Source of the DNA: a virus
Lineage: Duplodnaviria > Caudoviricetes
Length of the DNA: 36,966 bases
Direction: 5' to 3' (one strand)
Virus record (IMG/VR): IMGVR_UViG_3300026187_000041
Span: 1 to 36,966 of that record
Part shown: piece by piece, positions 27,601 to 36,104 of the stretch
Layout: the number at the start of each line of letters is the position of its first letter
How positions within the stretch are numbered: position 1 is the first letter of the stretch
The notes under the pieces: model-generated
Databases searched by the model: none
The model's input: only the letters and a program-made list of their open reading frames with translations
Told to the model about the DNA's origin: nothing
Program-made: the position numbers and the translations under genes

Positions 27601-27823
27601 TAATGTATCCAATCTACCAAGACCAAACTTTATTGCTATCGATGAAGGGTTTGGTTCATTAGACACGGATAACTTTAATTCTTTATATTTATTATTTGAT
27701 TACTTGAAGACACAATTTGACTTTATCATCACCATATCCCACATTGATAAGACACGAGATATGGTTGACCAGATAATAGACATCAATAAAGTACGTGGCT
27801 TCTCTAAAGTATCATATTTATAG
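24656..27823 (+). CDS. SbcD-SbcC (Mre11-Rad50, gp47-gp46-like) single-chain nuclease/ATPase
   Basis: Phosphoesterase motifs ADVH, AGDIVH, PGNHD, FHG and LGDIH; Walker A APNASGKST; zinc hook CDHC; signature TSGME; Walker B IAIDEGFGSLD; ISH. Confidence 0.93.
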   Translation: MKKAKKIKVGIEKVNKVYHIADVHIRNLKRHREYRDVFSHLYGYILTTMEENDIIYIAGDIVHAKTDMSPEVVDLTQEFFTRLADLLPTIVIPGNHDANLNNTSRLDALTPIVNALNHPNLFYLKESGAWSLGDLTIVHQSVWDNSPGFPPANDYNGDTKIGVFHGAVDKIETEHGFAIENKNINVSNFEGYDMVMLGDIHKPNNAVQGVETIKYPGSLIVQNHGEAKYPDHGILVWDVETRKNKFVKIPNDYGYVTIDIEEGKIVSNTPIPQKPRMRVRVKDTKASELNKIIADLKKGRKVQELTIQKVITRKDGGEHEKIILQNVRDTAFQNKLIEDFLNDTEHLTEEQLEVVKGINSDINAKLGTKRTITNSTWIPKKFEFSNMFSYGPNNVIDFSQMKGAYGIFAPNASGKSTLWDALSFCIFDKCSRTSKADDVMNYSKMTFDCKFTFELNGVDYTIERTAKKSPKRGTVKVDVDFSRVVDGQVESLNGEQRRETNSIIREYVGTYDDFVLTAMSTQSNNSGFIEKSQKERKELLAQFLDMDVFEDLYQIASEEIKELSALLKDYKNQDFPTQLAEAEETLTSITGSLTELRDRKVDLETKRDNTNTKIEYEVGKLKPVEDIGDVSDLESKLEIAETHIAKQKKACDSNIIAIKRVETEIKDVTTKLSKYDIEDLREKQKQYNILDKKFNELGSSLDKLETEMVHTKKHLDGIGSLTFDPSCDHCVKNQNTPFAKQAQTLESDLNRLGNEYSTIVSERLRVMTNRDECDVNSKLEEYEELVLDSKELHHEMDEHQFNYEGCLLLVEKMELEMESLKEKVQRAKDQEQAVEHNTIVQQKIKSFKVTRDSLRDEIEDVTNDIMSVNSDIKLAENTIESVNKAIDKLKEMEVRFDGYEYYLKCVKRDGIPYNLISDVLPKLEIEINNILSPIVDFQIMLNTDGKNINSYIAYGADEYWPLELTSGMEKFISSIAIRTALVNVSNLPRPNFIAIDEGFGSLDTDNFNSLYLLFDYLKTQFDFIITISHIDKTRDMVDQIIDINKVRGFSKVSYL
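27815..27822 (+). promoter_or_regulatory. putative late-promoter motif TATTTATA
   Basis: Overlaps the SbcDC stop codon, 17 nt before the tail-fibre ATG. Confidence 0.5.
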
Positions 27824-27839
27824 TATATGGAGTCAATGA

Positions 27840-30800
27840 ATGGCATTAGAGCTTAGAAGAAAATCAAAACAATACTTAAAGTCACAACGAGTTGCGATAG
27901 AAGATAATTCACCTCTATCGGAAGAGTTCTTTGGGTTAAATGATTTTCCAAAATATTTTGGTGAGGGTAAGAACTCATTTAGAATCAGACCAAGGTTTGG
28001 TGTTCTAAAGCCAAATACAAAAATAGACATTGAGGTTCTTGACTCAAATGGTAATCCTATATATTGGGAAATCCCAACTTACAAAGATGATGACAAGTCA
28101 CGGCTAATATCGGTATGGATTTATGATGTTGTAGATAAGCGATACAATACACCCGATGGTCCTTGTGAGGTAATCATCCTTGGGACATTACCTGACAATC
28201 AAAAGGTACGGTGGTCTCGTAGAGTTGATGTTGTAAAAAACAAGAAGTCGGTATCCGAAGTAGTATTTAGAGAAATACCACGTGGTAATGTATCGGCATC
28301 GATTGAGACATTCTCGGAGATACCACAATCTGAAGGTTCATTATCACGAACAATACAAGCAGGTCAATTTACATATAAGAAATCATTATATGGTGATGAT
28401 GTTTCTTTTGAAGCATCTACTGCGATTATAAATCGTGAAATGGTTAGTGGTAGTTTAGAATTAGACTTATCATCCACAACGCTATTCCCAAGATTGGGTG
28501 GTGGTCAATCACAACCAACACGTGTAACTGCAAGTATTACTGAGGTTATATCTAATCAGATATTTAGAGTATCATTACCAATTACATCAAGTGATAATCG
28601 TAGTGAGGGTTCAATACACACCTATGAGTATTCAGATGGTAACGTGAGTGGTGAAATTAAGTATCTATCAACTGGGTCAGTAAATGTAACACAAAACCAA
28701 GTTGCAATTGCAAACATTACACTATCAAATGTAAATCCAGTATCAGGCCGTGTATCTTCAGTAAATACCCTAATCAAATCACAAGGTCTTCCTAATGCTG
28801 ATTTTGAATTGATTGCTAATACTGACATCCCAAATGAACGTGACATCTCATATAAAGTTGCAATTCCAACTGAACAACTAAACGACCCTAAAACTTTAAA
28901 GATACAATTTCTAAATAAAAGTGGGGATGTTTCTACTACTGAAACAATAATAGAAGATGTCGTATTCGAAGGTGGTAACGTTTATATTGGTGGTAATCAG
29001 TCAATCGTAACTGGGTCATTATTTATTGCTAATGCAATTGGTAGTGGACTTGAGATAGGTGGACACTCTTCTGGTTTTATGAAATCAGTCGGTTACGAAG
29101 GGCAAATATCAGCATCCGAAGGAAAGGGTCCTGGTGGGTTTATTATATATAGTGGTAGTAATGCATTACAAATGGGTGCAGATGTTCTCACCGGAGTTGG
29201 TATGCAATTCGTTGGTGATAACGATGATAGACACCTTATATTCTCTACTGCCAATGGTGGTGTATTGGATGTCAAAACTGATAAGTTCTTTATAGGTAAT
29301 ACCAACTCACAATTTATAAGTGGGTCTGATTCAAACATTGAAATCAGTTCATCACTATTCCATTTAGACCCCAAGAATCAATTACTAATCATAGGGTCTG
29401 ATGCAATTATTGAGGGTGGTCTTAGTGCCGATAGAATATTCACACCAGCAACAATAGGTGGTTCGCCATCAAATATCACAAACGCAAGTTCATCGATAAC
29501 ACAAGATGGGTTTGCTAAGTTTGTATCTGCAAGTATAGCAGGATTCATAGTCAATACCGAGGAAATCAAATCATCGGATGAGTCTTTGAGATTAAAATCA
29601 AATGGTCAAATGACTGGTTCTGCAATTTTACTTGGTGATAAAGCAGGTGGTAACTTCGTACAATTTGCAGACTCCACATTAACAGTTAGAGGTGACCTTG
29701 CAGTTGACCAAATCACAACTCCTGCCACAATTGGTGGGTCTCCTTCAAACCTAACCAATGCAAGTGCATCTATTACTTCAGATGGATTTGCTAAGTTTGT
29801 ATCTGCATCTATTGGTGGGTGGGATATAACTACTGGTTCTATTGAAGGTGGTAACCTTATAATGAAACCCGAAGGTATTCTTCAAACCAAAGATTATGCA
29901 AGTGGTGTAAAGGGTTGGAAGATATCAAGTGAATTGAATGGGTATGCTGAATTTGAAAATGTAAAGATTAGAGGTACACTCGCAACTACTACATTTGAAA
30001 AGGAAAGTGTAAACGCAGTCGGTGGTCAATTGTACGTTGCTAATTCCACTACGATAAGTGGTTCTATTAGTTCGAGTCTCAGTTCAGTAACAACTGATGT
30101 AACAAACTCATTTGCAACAAATCAACAAGTCCAACAATCACATACCGAGATTTTCTTGGATGATTATACCTCAGTAACTCCATCAAATCAACCAACTATG
30201 TCAGTTAGTGATGTGGTTACACTACAATTTGTTGGTGAAAATCCAAACCCCGACCCATCTGCAACATTCTTCACAAATGGTTCGGATTTAGTATCAGCAA
30301 CTCTCACCAACCTATCATTTGGGGTGTTTACGTTTGGTTTAAATGGTGGTGTTGAGGTTGGTGAACTCGGTGGTGGTAGTATTAACCCAACTGATAATTC
30401 AGGTGATAACTTTATCATACACTATTCATCTGCATCTCTGAGTTCGAGTATTGATGAAGTCTACACAAATGTATCACCATCTGCAAGTTCATTCATTGTA
30501 GACAACGTTACTGGATTTGCAAGTGGTGAAATCCTAACAATGAAGAAGGTAACTAATACTGGATTCTCAACCGAATATGTAAAAGTAGATTCCGCAGAAA
30601 GAATTAGTGGTGGTAGTGAATCTGATTTATCGGGTTACCTACACGTTACACGTTCATATGGCAGTGGGACTACTGGTGATTCTGGTTCACTTGGAGACAT
30701 TGCATCTACATCACAATCATACGAAGAAGGTCAAGTCATTGTATCTACTGGTAAGATAGGTAGTGGTTTTATACGACTTAATGCAAATCCAAATGACCCA

Positions 30801-32468
30801 TCAACACCATATATGGATATTGTTGAAAGAACTGGTAGTGGATTATATGATATCGAGTTAAAAGCAAGACTTGGTGATTTGAGTGGACTTGCAAATACAC
30901 CTATGGTATTTAGTAAAGCAAATCCAGGGTTTGGATTAGCAACTGATAATGTATATCTACAAGGGGGTATCATCGCAACCTTTGGTGAGATAGGTGGATT
31001 TGGAATTAGTGCAAACACAATATCATCATCTAATAATAATCTCATCCTCAGAGACAATGGTCAGATTTCAGGCTCAACTGTATTGTTTGATGGTGGAACT
31101 ATTGGTGGATTTGATTTAAGTTCCACTCAAATAAACTCATCAAACAATAATCTTATACTAAAAGCAAATGGTCAAATCACTGCATCAGCTGCAAGTATTG
31201 ATGGTGATATTGTAACGGATAATATAACTGCAACTGGTGGTACAATTGGTGGATTCGATTTAACATCGAGTCAAATAAATTCTACAAATGATTTATTGAT
31301 TCTAAAATCAAACGGACACATCACTGCGTCAGCAGCACTTATTAGTGGTAGTAATATTCAAGTAGATACACCTAACTTTGGAATAACATCCGATGGTGAG
31401 GTTTCTGCAAACTCAATGACACTAACCGATGCATCACTTGCAGATGCATTCTCATTTAGATTCATTACAATCAACTCATCAAATGTGTCATCCTATATGG
31501 GGACATATAGTGGTAGTGATGGTAATGTGTATTGTATATTAGATTTGTCAGGTGAAAATAGTGTAATCGATAACACAACTCAAGGTGCAAGTTACGTTAG
31601 ACTTAACGTAAACCCAACATACCCAATCGGTTCTATAATTCACCCATATCTACATAACCCCGATACCAACGTAACTAATAGGGCCATTGCATCTACATTA
31701 ACTGTTGAATCTGGTATTAGTGGTGTAAAAATAGCAATTGATGCAGTTGGTAAGTCTGCTGGTACTGGTGCAAAACGTATATATAGTTACGATGGTAGTA
31801 CTGAATTAGTAGACCAAAGTGCAAACTCAGTATCCACTATTCAGTATTCATATATTGATGAAAATGGTGGTAGTGTATTTTATAATAAATCCATAGATTC
31901 GCTAACTCAAAGTGGATACACTTATCCAAAAGTAGTATCAACCAATACTGGTCAACAATTCACATTAGGTAGAAACTTCTTTGCTTGGAAATTATTGGGT
32001 GCATCTGAATATGATACATTTACGGTAGCAGATGGTAACTTTATCATTGATAGTAATGCAGAGGTTACTTCATCAACTCACGTACCACGTTCATCAAACG
32101 CATATGATTTGGGTAGTACCACACGTAGATGGAGAACTGTATATTCAATCAATGCACTAAACACTTCAGATAGAAATGAGAAGAAAAACATAAGTAGTTC
32201 TGACTTAGGGTTGAACTTCATCAACTCACTAAACCCAGTTAAATACAATTGGGTTTGGGATAATGATGACTCACCGATTCATTATGGTCTAATAGCACAA
32301 GAGGTAAATGAAATCGCTTCAAACGAAAATGTAGCGATAGTTCATAAGGAGAATGACAATTGGTCTATGGCCTATAACGAACTAATCTCACCAATGATTA
32401 AAGCAATACAAGAATTGTCTGATGAAGTAAATCAACTAAAACTTCAGTTAAGTCAAAGTCAAGGATAA
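27840..32468 (+). CDS. long tail fibre with internal repeats and C-terminal intramolecular chaperone (peptidase S74)
   Basis: S/G/T-rich; repeated IGGF and TPATIGGSPSN units; C-terminal YDLGSTTRRWRTVY...TSDRNEKKNI...GLNFINSLNPVKY...HYGLIAQEV...YNELISPMIKAIQEL. Confidence 0.88.
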   Translation: MALELRRKSKQYLKSQRVAIEDNSPLSEEFFGLNDFPKYFGEGKNSFRIRPRFGVLKPNTKIDIEVLDSNGNPIYWEIPTYKDDDKSRLISVWIYDVVDKRYNTPDGPCEVIILGTLPDNQKVRWSRRVDVVKNKKSVSEVVFREIPRGNVSASIETFSEIPQSEGSLSRTIQAGQFTYKKSLYGDDVSFEASTAIINREMVSGSLELDLSSTTLFPRLGGGQSQPTRVTASITEVISNQIFRVSLPITSSDNRSEGSIHTYEYSDGNVSGEIKYLSTGSVNVTQNQVAIANITLSNVNPVSGRVSSVNTLIKSQGLPNADFELIANTDIPNERDISYKVAIPTEQLNDPKTLKIQFLNKSGDVSTTETIIEDVVFEGGNVYIGGNQSIVTGSLFIANAIGSGLEIGGHSSGFMKSVGYEGQISASEGKGPGGFIIYSGSNALQMGADVLTGVGMQFVGDNDDRHLIFSTANGGVLDVKTDKFFIGNTNSQFISGSDSNIEISSSLFHLDPKNQLLIIGSDAIIEGGLSADRIFTPATIGGSPSNITNASSSITQDGFAKFVSASIAGFIVNTEEIKSSDESLRLKSNGQMTGSAILLGDKAGGNFVQFADSTLTVRGDLAVDQITTPATIGGSPSNLTNASASITSDGFAKFVSASIGGWDITTGSIEGGNLIMKPEGILQTKDYASGVKGWKISSELNGYAEFENVKIRGTLATTTFEKESVNAVGGQLYVANSTTISGSISSSLSSVTTDVTNSFATNQQVQQSHTEIFLDDYTSVTPSNQPTMSVSDVVTLQFVGENPNPDPSATFFTNGSDLVSATLTNLSFGVFTFGLNGGVEVGELGGGSINPTDNSGDNFIIHYSSASLSSSIDEVYTNVSPSASSFIVDNVTGFASGEILTMKKVTNTGFSTEYVKVDSAERISGGSESDLSGYLHVTRSYGSGTTGDSGSLGDIASTSQSYEEGQVIVSTGKIGSGFIRLNANPNDPSTPYMDIVERTGSGLYDIELKARLGDLSGLANTPMVFSKANPGFGLATDNVYLQGGIIATFGEIGGFGISANTISSSNNNLILRDNGQISGSTVLFDGGTIGGFDLSSTQINSSNNNLILKANGQITASAASIDGDIVTDNITATGGTIGGFDLTSSQINSTNDLLILKSNGHITASAALISGSNIQVDTPNFGITSDGEVSANSMTLTDASLADAFSFRFITINSSNVSSYMGTYSGSDGNVYCILDLSGENSVIDNTTQGASYVRLNVNPTYPIGSIIHPYLHNPDTNVTNRAIASTLTVESGISGVKIAIDAVGKSAGTGAKRIYSYDGSTELVDQSANSVSTIQYSYIDENGGSVFYNKSIDSLTQSGYTYPKVVSTNTGQQFTLGRNFFAWKLLGASEYDTFTVADGNFIIDSNAEVTSSTHVPRSSNAYDLGSTTRRWRTVYSINALNTSDRNEKKNISSSDLGLNFINSLNPVKYNWVWDNDDSPIHYGLIAQEVNEIASNENVAIVHKENDNWSMAYNELISPMIKAIQELSDEVNQLKLQLSQSQG
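29437..29825 (+). repeat. two copies of a ~37-aa repeat in the tail fibre
   Basis: IFTPATIGGSPSNITNASSSITQDGFAKFVSASIAGF and ITTPATIGGSPSNLTNASASITSDGFAKFVSASIGGW; the DNA shares tttgctaagtttgtatctgca. Confidence 0.85.
30985..31345 (+). repeat. three tandem IGGF...NLIL..NGQI repeats in the tail fibre
   Basis: GEIGGFGISANTISSSNNNLILRDNGQIS / GTIGGFDLSSTQINSSNNNLILKANGQITAS / GTIGGFDLTSSQINSTNDLLILKSNGHITAS. Confidence 0.85.
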
Positions 32469-32476
32469 TTATTATT

Positions 32477-34774
32477 ATGGGAAATAAGATTAAAGATTGG
32501 GTATTGGAGTCACTCCTAACCGAAGACATAAACAAAACAGTCGTAACTTATGTAGGAAGGTTTCATCCATTCCACTCAGGTCATTACGCAACATACCAAC
32601 ACTTAGTAAAGAAGTTTGGTAAGGATAATGTATATATCGGAACTTCTGATAAAGTACAATTACCTAAATCACCATTCCAATTCAAAGAGAAGGTTCAGAT
32701 AATGACCACTATGTTTGGTATTCCCAAAGATAAGATTGTAAAAGTCAAAAACCCATATGCTCCAAAAGAAATCCTACAATCATTTCCCGAAGAGACTACT
32801 GGATTCATTACAGTTGTTGGTGAGAAGGACAAGAATAGATTAGGTGGTAAATACTTTGAACCATATAAAGGTAAAGTAGAAAAAGGATTCGCAGACACGG
32901 GATATGTGTATGTAGCACCATCACAAGCACGTGGTATATCGGGTACTGAAGTTCGTAAAGGTATGTCTAATCCAGATGAACAATCAAGAATCAAATTTTT
33001 CAAATCAGTATATCCAAAATTTAACCAAAAGATTTTTGACTTAGTATCATCACGTATCCTCAGAAATGAAGAAGTGATGGAGTCGTTCTTTAAATCAATC
33101 AACATCAACTCAATCTTAAATGAGAACTCAACTGCTGCTGGTATCGGTGGTAACTCACAAGGTGTTGATGATGGTCCAGGTGCTTTCTATGGTAATATGA
33201 AAACCTTTAAGAAAGAAATGGAAGATGTAGTTGGTACGTTAGGTTGGAACATCGTAACCTACCTTATGGGTGAGGATGATATGGAATCATTTGTTGATAC
33301 CGAATATCCTAATGGACCAGGTAGATACCCAGTCTCATTCTTCCCAAGTGGTAAAGCCGGTCTTGATGCATTAGCAGTTAGATATGGTGATGACCTACAA
33401 GGTAATAAAGCATATAAAAAATGGGCAGACCACATCAAAGGTGTTGCTCTACAATTAGGATACGAATTCCTAAACTTCTTAGAACCAAAAGATAAAGAAA
33501 ACATATTATCAAATGAACCTAAGAAAGAAGAAGAAACAACTGGAGACCTTAAAGAAGGTGTCCTTTTGGAAGGTGGTGCATATGGTCATATGAATCACCC
33601 ATTCGATGTTGATTTAGGTCTAACCTTTGGTGATTTGAAATTAATTATCGATGGTGCATTAAATGGTAAGTTAGAATTCACAAGAGAAAAAACCGATGGA
33701 CAAGCACTTGCTATCTCATATAGAAAAGATAGAGGTATCATCGCTGCAAGAAATAAATCACATCTAAAAGATAGAGGACTTAACGCATTAGACATCAAAG
33801 GTGTTTCAGATAAGTTTGCTAATAGAGGTGGATTGACCGATGCGTATAATTTCGCAATGAGAGATTTGGAGTCTGCGATTTCAAAACTATCAGATGCACA
33901 AAAAGAAAAAGTCTTCAAAAGTGGTTCAAAGTTTATGAACATTGAAGTCATCTGGCCGGAGTCAGTAAACGTAATACCATATGGTCAACCCCTATTAGTA
34001 TTCCACGGAACTATGGAGTATAATGAAAAGGGTGAAGCAATTGGAGCAGACACTTCTGATGCAAGAATACTTGCTGGAATGATTAAGCAGGTGAATGCTG
34101 ATGTACAAGATAAGTATACAATCCAAGGTCCACCAGTTGTAAAGTTACCACAAAACCAAGAACTATCCAAATTAAAATCAAAGTTTTTTGGTCAACTATC
34201 CAAAATACAAAAAGAGTTCAAACTCAAGGATACTGATGGTGTTGCTGAATACCACCAAAGATGGTGGGAAGATTTCGTTGAAAAGAATTCACCAACCTCA
34301 TTGGATAACAAAACTAAAATGGGATTGGTTCGTAGATGGGCATTCTATGATAAGGGATTCCGTTTGGATTCAAAAAATATATCAGATTCCAAAACATTGG
34401 ATTGGGCAAAGAAAACTGATAAGATTGACCAAGCAAAAATCTCAAAACAAAATCTTCGTAAGTTTGAAGACATCTTCTTAGGTGTTGGTGCTGAAGTCCT
34501 ATCATTTATGTCTTCAGCACTTACGGTTAATCCTGATGGTGCATTGAGAGATATGCAGAAGAGACTTGACCAAACCATCAAAGATGTGAAGAAGTCGGGT
34601 GACCCAAAAAAGATTGCAAAATTAAAAATGGAATTAGAAAGATTGAGCGCGGTTGGTGGTAGAGATAAAATTGTACCAAATGAAGGATTGGTGTTCTTAT
34701 ATAAAGGACACACTATGAAACTCACTGGTACGTTTGCATCACTAAACCAAATCCTTGGTTTAATGTATTTCTAA
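32477..34774 (+). CDS. multidomain protein: HIGH-superfamily (cytidylyltransferase-like) domain, unknown middle domain, KxDG ligase-like nucleotidyltransferase domain
   Basis: YVGRFHPFHSGH and ISGTEVRK; then GHMNHPFD, REKTDGQ, MNIEVI, LVFHG, EGLVF and MKLTG. Confidence 0.75.
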   Translation: MGNKIKDWVLESLLTEDINKTVVTYVGRFHPFHSGHYATYQHLVKKFGKDNVYIGTSDKVQLPKSPFQFKEKVQIMTTMFGIPKDKIVKVKNPYAPKEILQSFPEETTGFITVVGEKDKNRLGGKYFEPYKGKVEKGFADTGYVYVAPSQARGISGTEVRKGMSNPDEQSRIKFFKSVYPKFNQKIFDLVSSRILRNEEVMESFFKSININSILNENSTAAGIGGNSQGVDDGPGAFYGNMKTFKKEMEDVVGTLGWNIVTYLMGEDDMESFVDTEYPNGPGRYPVSFFPSGKAGLDALAVRYGDDLQGNKAYKKWADHIKGVALQLGYEFLNFLEPKDKENILSNEPKKEEETTGDLKEGVLLEGGAYGHMNHPFDVDLGLTFGDLKLIIDGALNGKLEFTREKTDGQALAISYRKDRGIIAARNKSHLKDRGLNALDIKGVSDKFANRGGLTDAYNFAMRDLESAISKLSDAQKEKVFKSGSKFMNIEVIWPESVNVIPYGQPLLVFHGTMEYNEKGEAIGADTSDARILAGMIKQVNADVQDKYTIQGPPVVKLPQNQELSKLKSKFFGQLSKIQKEFKLKDTDGVAEYHQRWWEDFVEKNSPTSLDNKTKMGLVRRWAFYDKGFRLDSKNISDSKTLDWAKKTDKIDQAKISKQNLRKFEDIFLGVGAEVLSFMSSALTVNPDGALRDMQKRLDQTIKDVKKSGDPKKIAKLKMELERLSAVGGRDKIVPNEGLVFLYKGHTMKLTGTFASLNQILGLMYF

Positions 34775-34776
34775 CA

Positions 34777-34784
34777 TACTTATA
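34777..34784 (+). promoter_or_regulatory. putative late-promoter variant TACTTATA
   Basis: Intergenic, 23 nt before ATG 34808. Confidence 0.45.
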
Positions 34785-34807
34785 GTAGTAAAAGTATATA
34801 AAAAGTT

Positions 34808-35401
34808 ATGGCTAAATTAAATAACATCAAAGCAGTCAAAGAAATGATTGCTGGAAACCACCGAACACAAACAAAGAACACGGTAGGTTTTGATGAACAA
34901 AAAGAATTCGTTAAACGTGAAGTTGGTGAACAATGGACCGATAGCGATGGAAACATTTGGGAACAAAAGAAAGGATACAAGGTTAAACTTGGTAAACTTT
35001 CAGAATTGAGAGATTCTCTCAAAGATTTTCCAAATTGTAAAGAGGGGTGTACCTCACATATGAACCCAACACGTAATGACCTCAGAATGAAGGTTATTCA
35101 CGGAATGTGTTTAGATTGTGTAATTGAAATGGAACACAAACTCAAAATGGAAGGTAAGTACGAAGAGTACGAACGTTCCAAGATATTAGAAAATGCAAAG
35201 GCTTGGTTAAAACAAGCTGAACTTGAAAAAGATACTATCAAACTGGCGATGCAAGCCCGTTTTGTGAACGAAGATGGTTCACTTGAAGAATGGGATGGTA
35301 TGTCGTGGGGTGAGATGGAAGAAAAGATAGAAAACGAGTTTCGTACATTTAGAGAAAACTTTATACAAAAGTTGGAGTACCCAAGTGAAGAAATTCATTA
35401 A
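34808..35401 (+). CDS. hypothetical protein with probable Zn site
   Basis: 197 aa; CKEGC and CLDC cysteine pairs, REVGEQWTD..G..WEQKKG. Confidence 0.8.
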   Translation: MAKLNNIKAVKEMIAGNHRTQTKNTVGFDEQKEFVKREVGEQWTDSDGNIWEQKKGYKVKLGKLSELRDSLKDFPNCKEGCTSHMNPTRNDLRMKVIHGMCLDCVIEMEHKLKMEGKYEEYERSKILENAKAWLKQAELEKDTIKLAMQARFVNEDGSLEEWDGMSWGEMEEKIENEFRTFRENFIQKLEYPSEEIH

Positions 35402-35795
35402 AGAGACATATAACCTTTATACCGAAGATGGTGTACCTCATGCATTGGCATTGGAGTATACCATTTCCGATGTTTATGAACGACTATGTTCAGAGGGTGT
35501 AATGTCTGAGGACTTACGTAAGTGGTTCGGTAAAGGAAAGACCGGCTCATCCGATGGTGGTGGTTGGGATAGATATAGTTCCGATGGTAAGAAGTTAGGT
35601 AAGTGTGGTGATAGTAAAAAAGGCAGTGCATATGCTGCTTGTTTATCAAAAGAAAAAGCAAACAAACTTGGCCCAAAGGGTAGAGCATCTTTCGTAAGAA
35701 GAAAGAGAACCGCACAAAAGAAAAGTGGTGATAGTAAAAAAGGTGGGAATAGAACAAAGGGTAAAACACCCACATTCTCAAAGACTGGAGCATGA
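35385..35795 (+). CDS. basic hypothetical protein (DUF5872-like C-half), GTG start
   Basis: VMSE-DLRKWFG...GGGWDRY...GKCG...CLSKEKA...RASFVRRKR; very K/R/G-rich after an acidic leader. Confidence 0.7.
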   Translation: MKKFIKETYNLYTEDGVPHALALEYTISDVYERLCSEGVMSEDLRKWFGKGKTGSSDGGGWDRYSSDGKKLGKCGDSKKGSAYAACLSKEKANKLGPKGRASFVRRKRTAQKKSGDSKKGGNRTKGKTPTFSKTGA

Positions 35796-35796
35796 T

Positions 35797-36096
35797 ATGA
35801 TTAAGTTAAAAGAATTACTAAACGAGAGTGACTACAAAGTATATCACAAGTCATTTACCGAAGCATCTGAAGAAGCAAGAAAACTTGCTGAAAAACGTGG
35901 ATTCGAAATCGATGAAGATGATTGGCAGTCTCAGATTGTAATGGGTGGTCGTAACAAACGTTCAAGACCAAGTGAAGGTAAAACTACTGAATTTACAGTT
36001 GGATTATTAAAGAATGGTAAACCACAACGTAAATCACTTCAAATCCAAGTATATGGTATGAAGAAGGGTTACGAACTAAACGCATACATCAACTAA
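35797..36096 (+). CDS. hypothetical protein with MIKLKELLNE leader (putative head-packaged protein)
   Basis: ATG 35797, 1 nt after the previous stop, is more plausible than the tracked GTG 35725; 99 aa. Confidence 0.8.
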   Translation: MIKLKELLNESDYKVYHKSFTEASEEARKLAEKRGFEIDEDDWQSQIVMGGRNKRSRPSEGKTTEFTVGLLKNGKPQRKSLQIQVYGMKKGYELNAYIN

Positions 36097-36104
36097 GGAG
36101 TATT

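Noticed and set aside
31450-32468. Diversity-generating retroelement target in the tail fibre
   Set aside because: No reverse transcriptase and no template repeat differing only at adenines is visible in this window.
35605-35743. 19-bp direct repeat gtggtgatagtaaaaaagg, 120 bp apart
   Set aside because: Only two in-frame copies encoding GDSKKG in a low-complexity basic protein; not an array or att site.
373-35793. Minus-strand ORFs and short alternative-frame plus-strand ORFs in the track
   Set aside because: They lie within or across longer, well-supported + strand genes, have no recognisable motifs and look like shadow ORFs.
35725-35796. Tracked GTG start of the 123-aa ORF
   Set aside because: It overlaps the upstream gene by about 70 nt; ATG 35797 follows the stop directly and gives the MIKLKELLNE leader.
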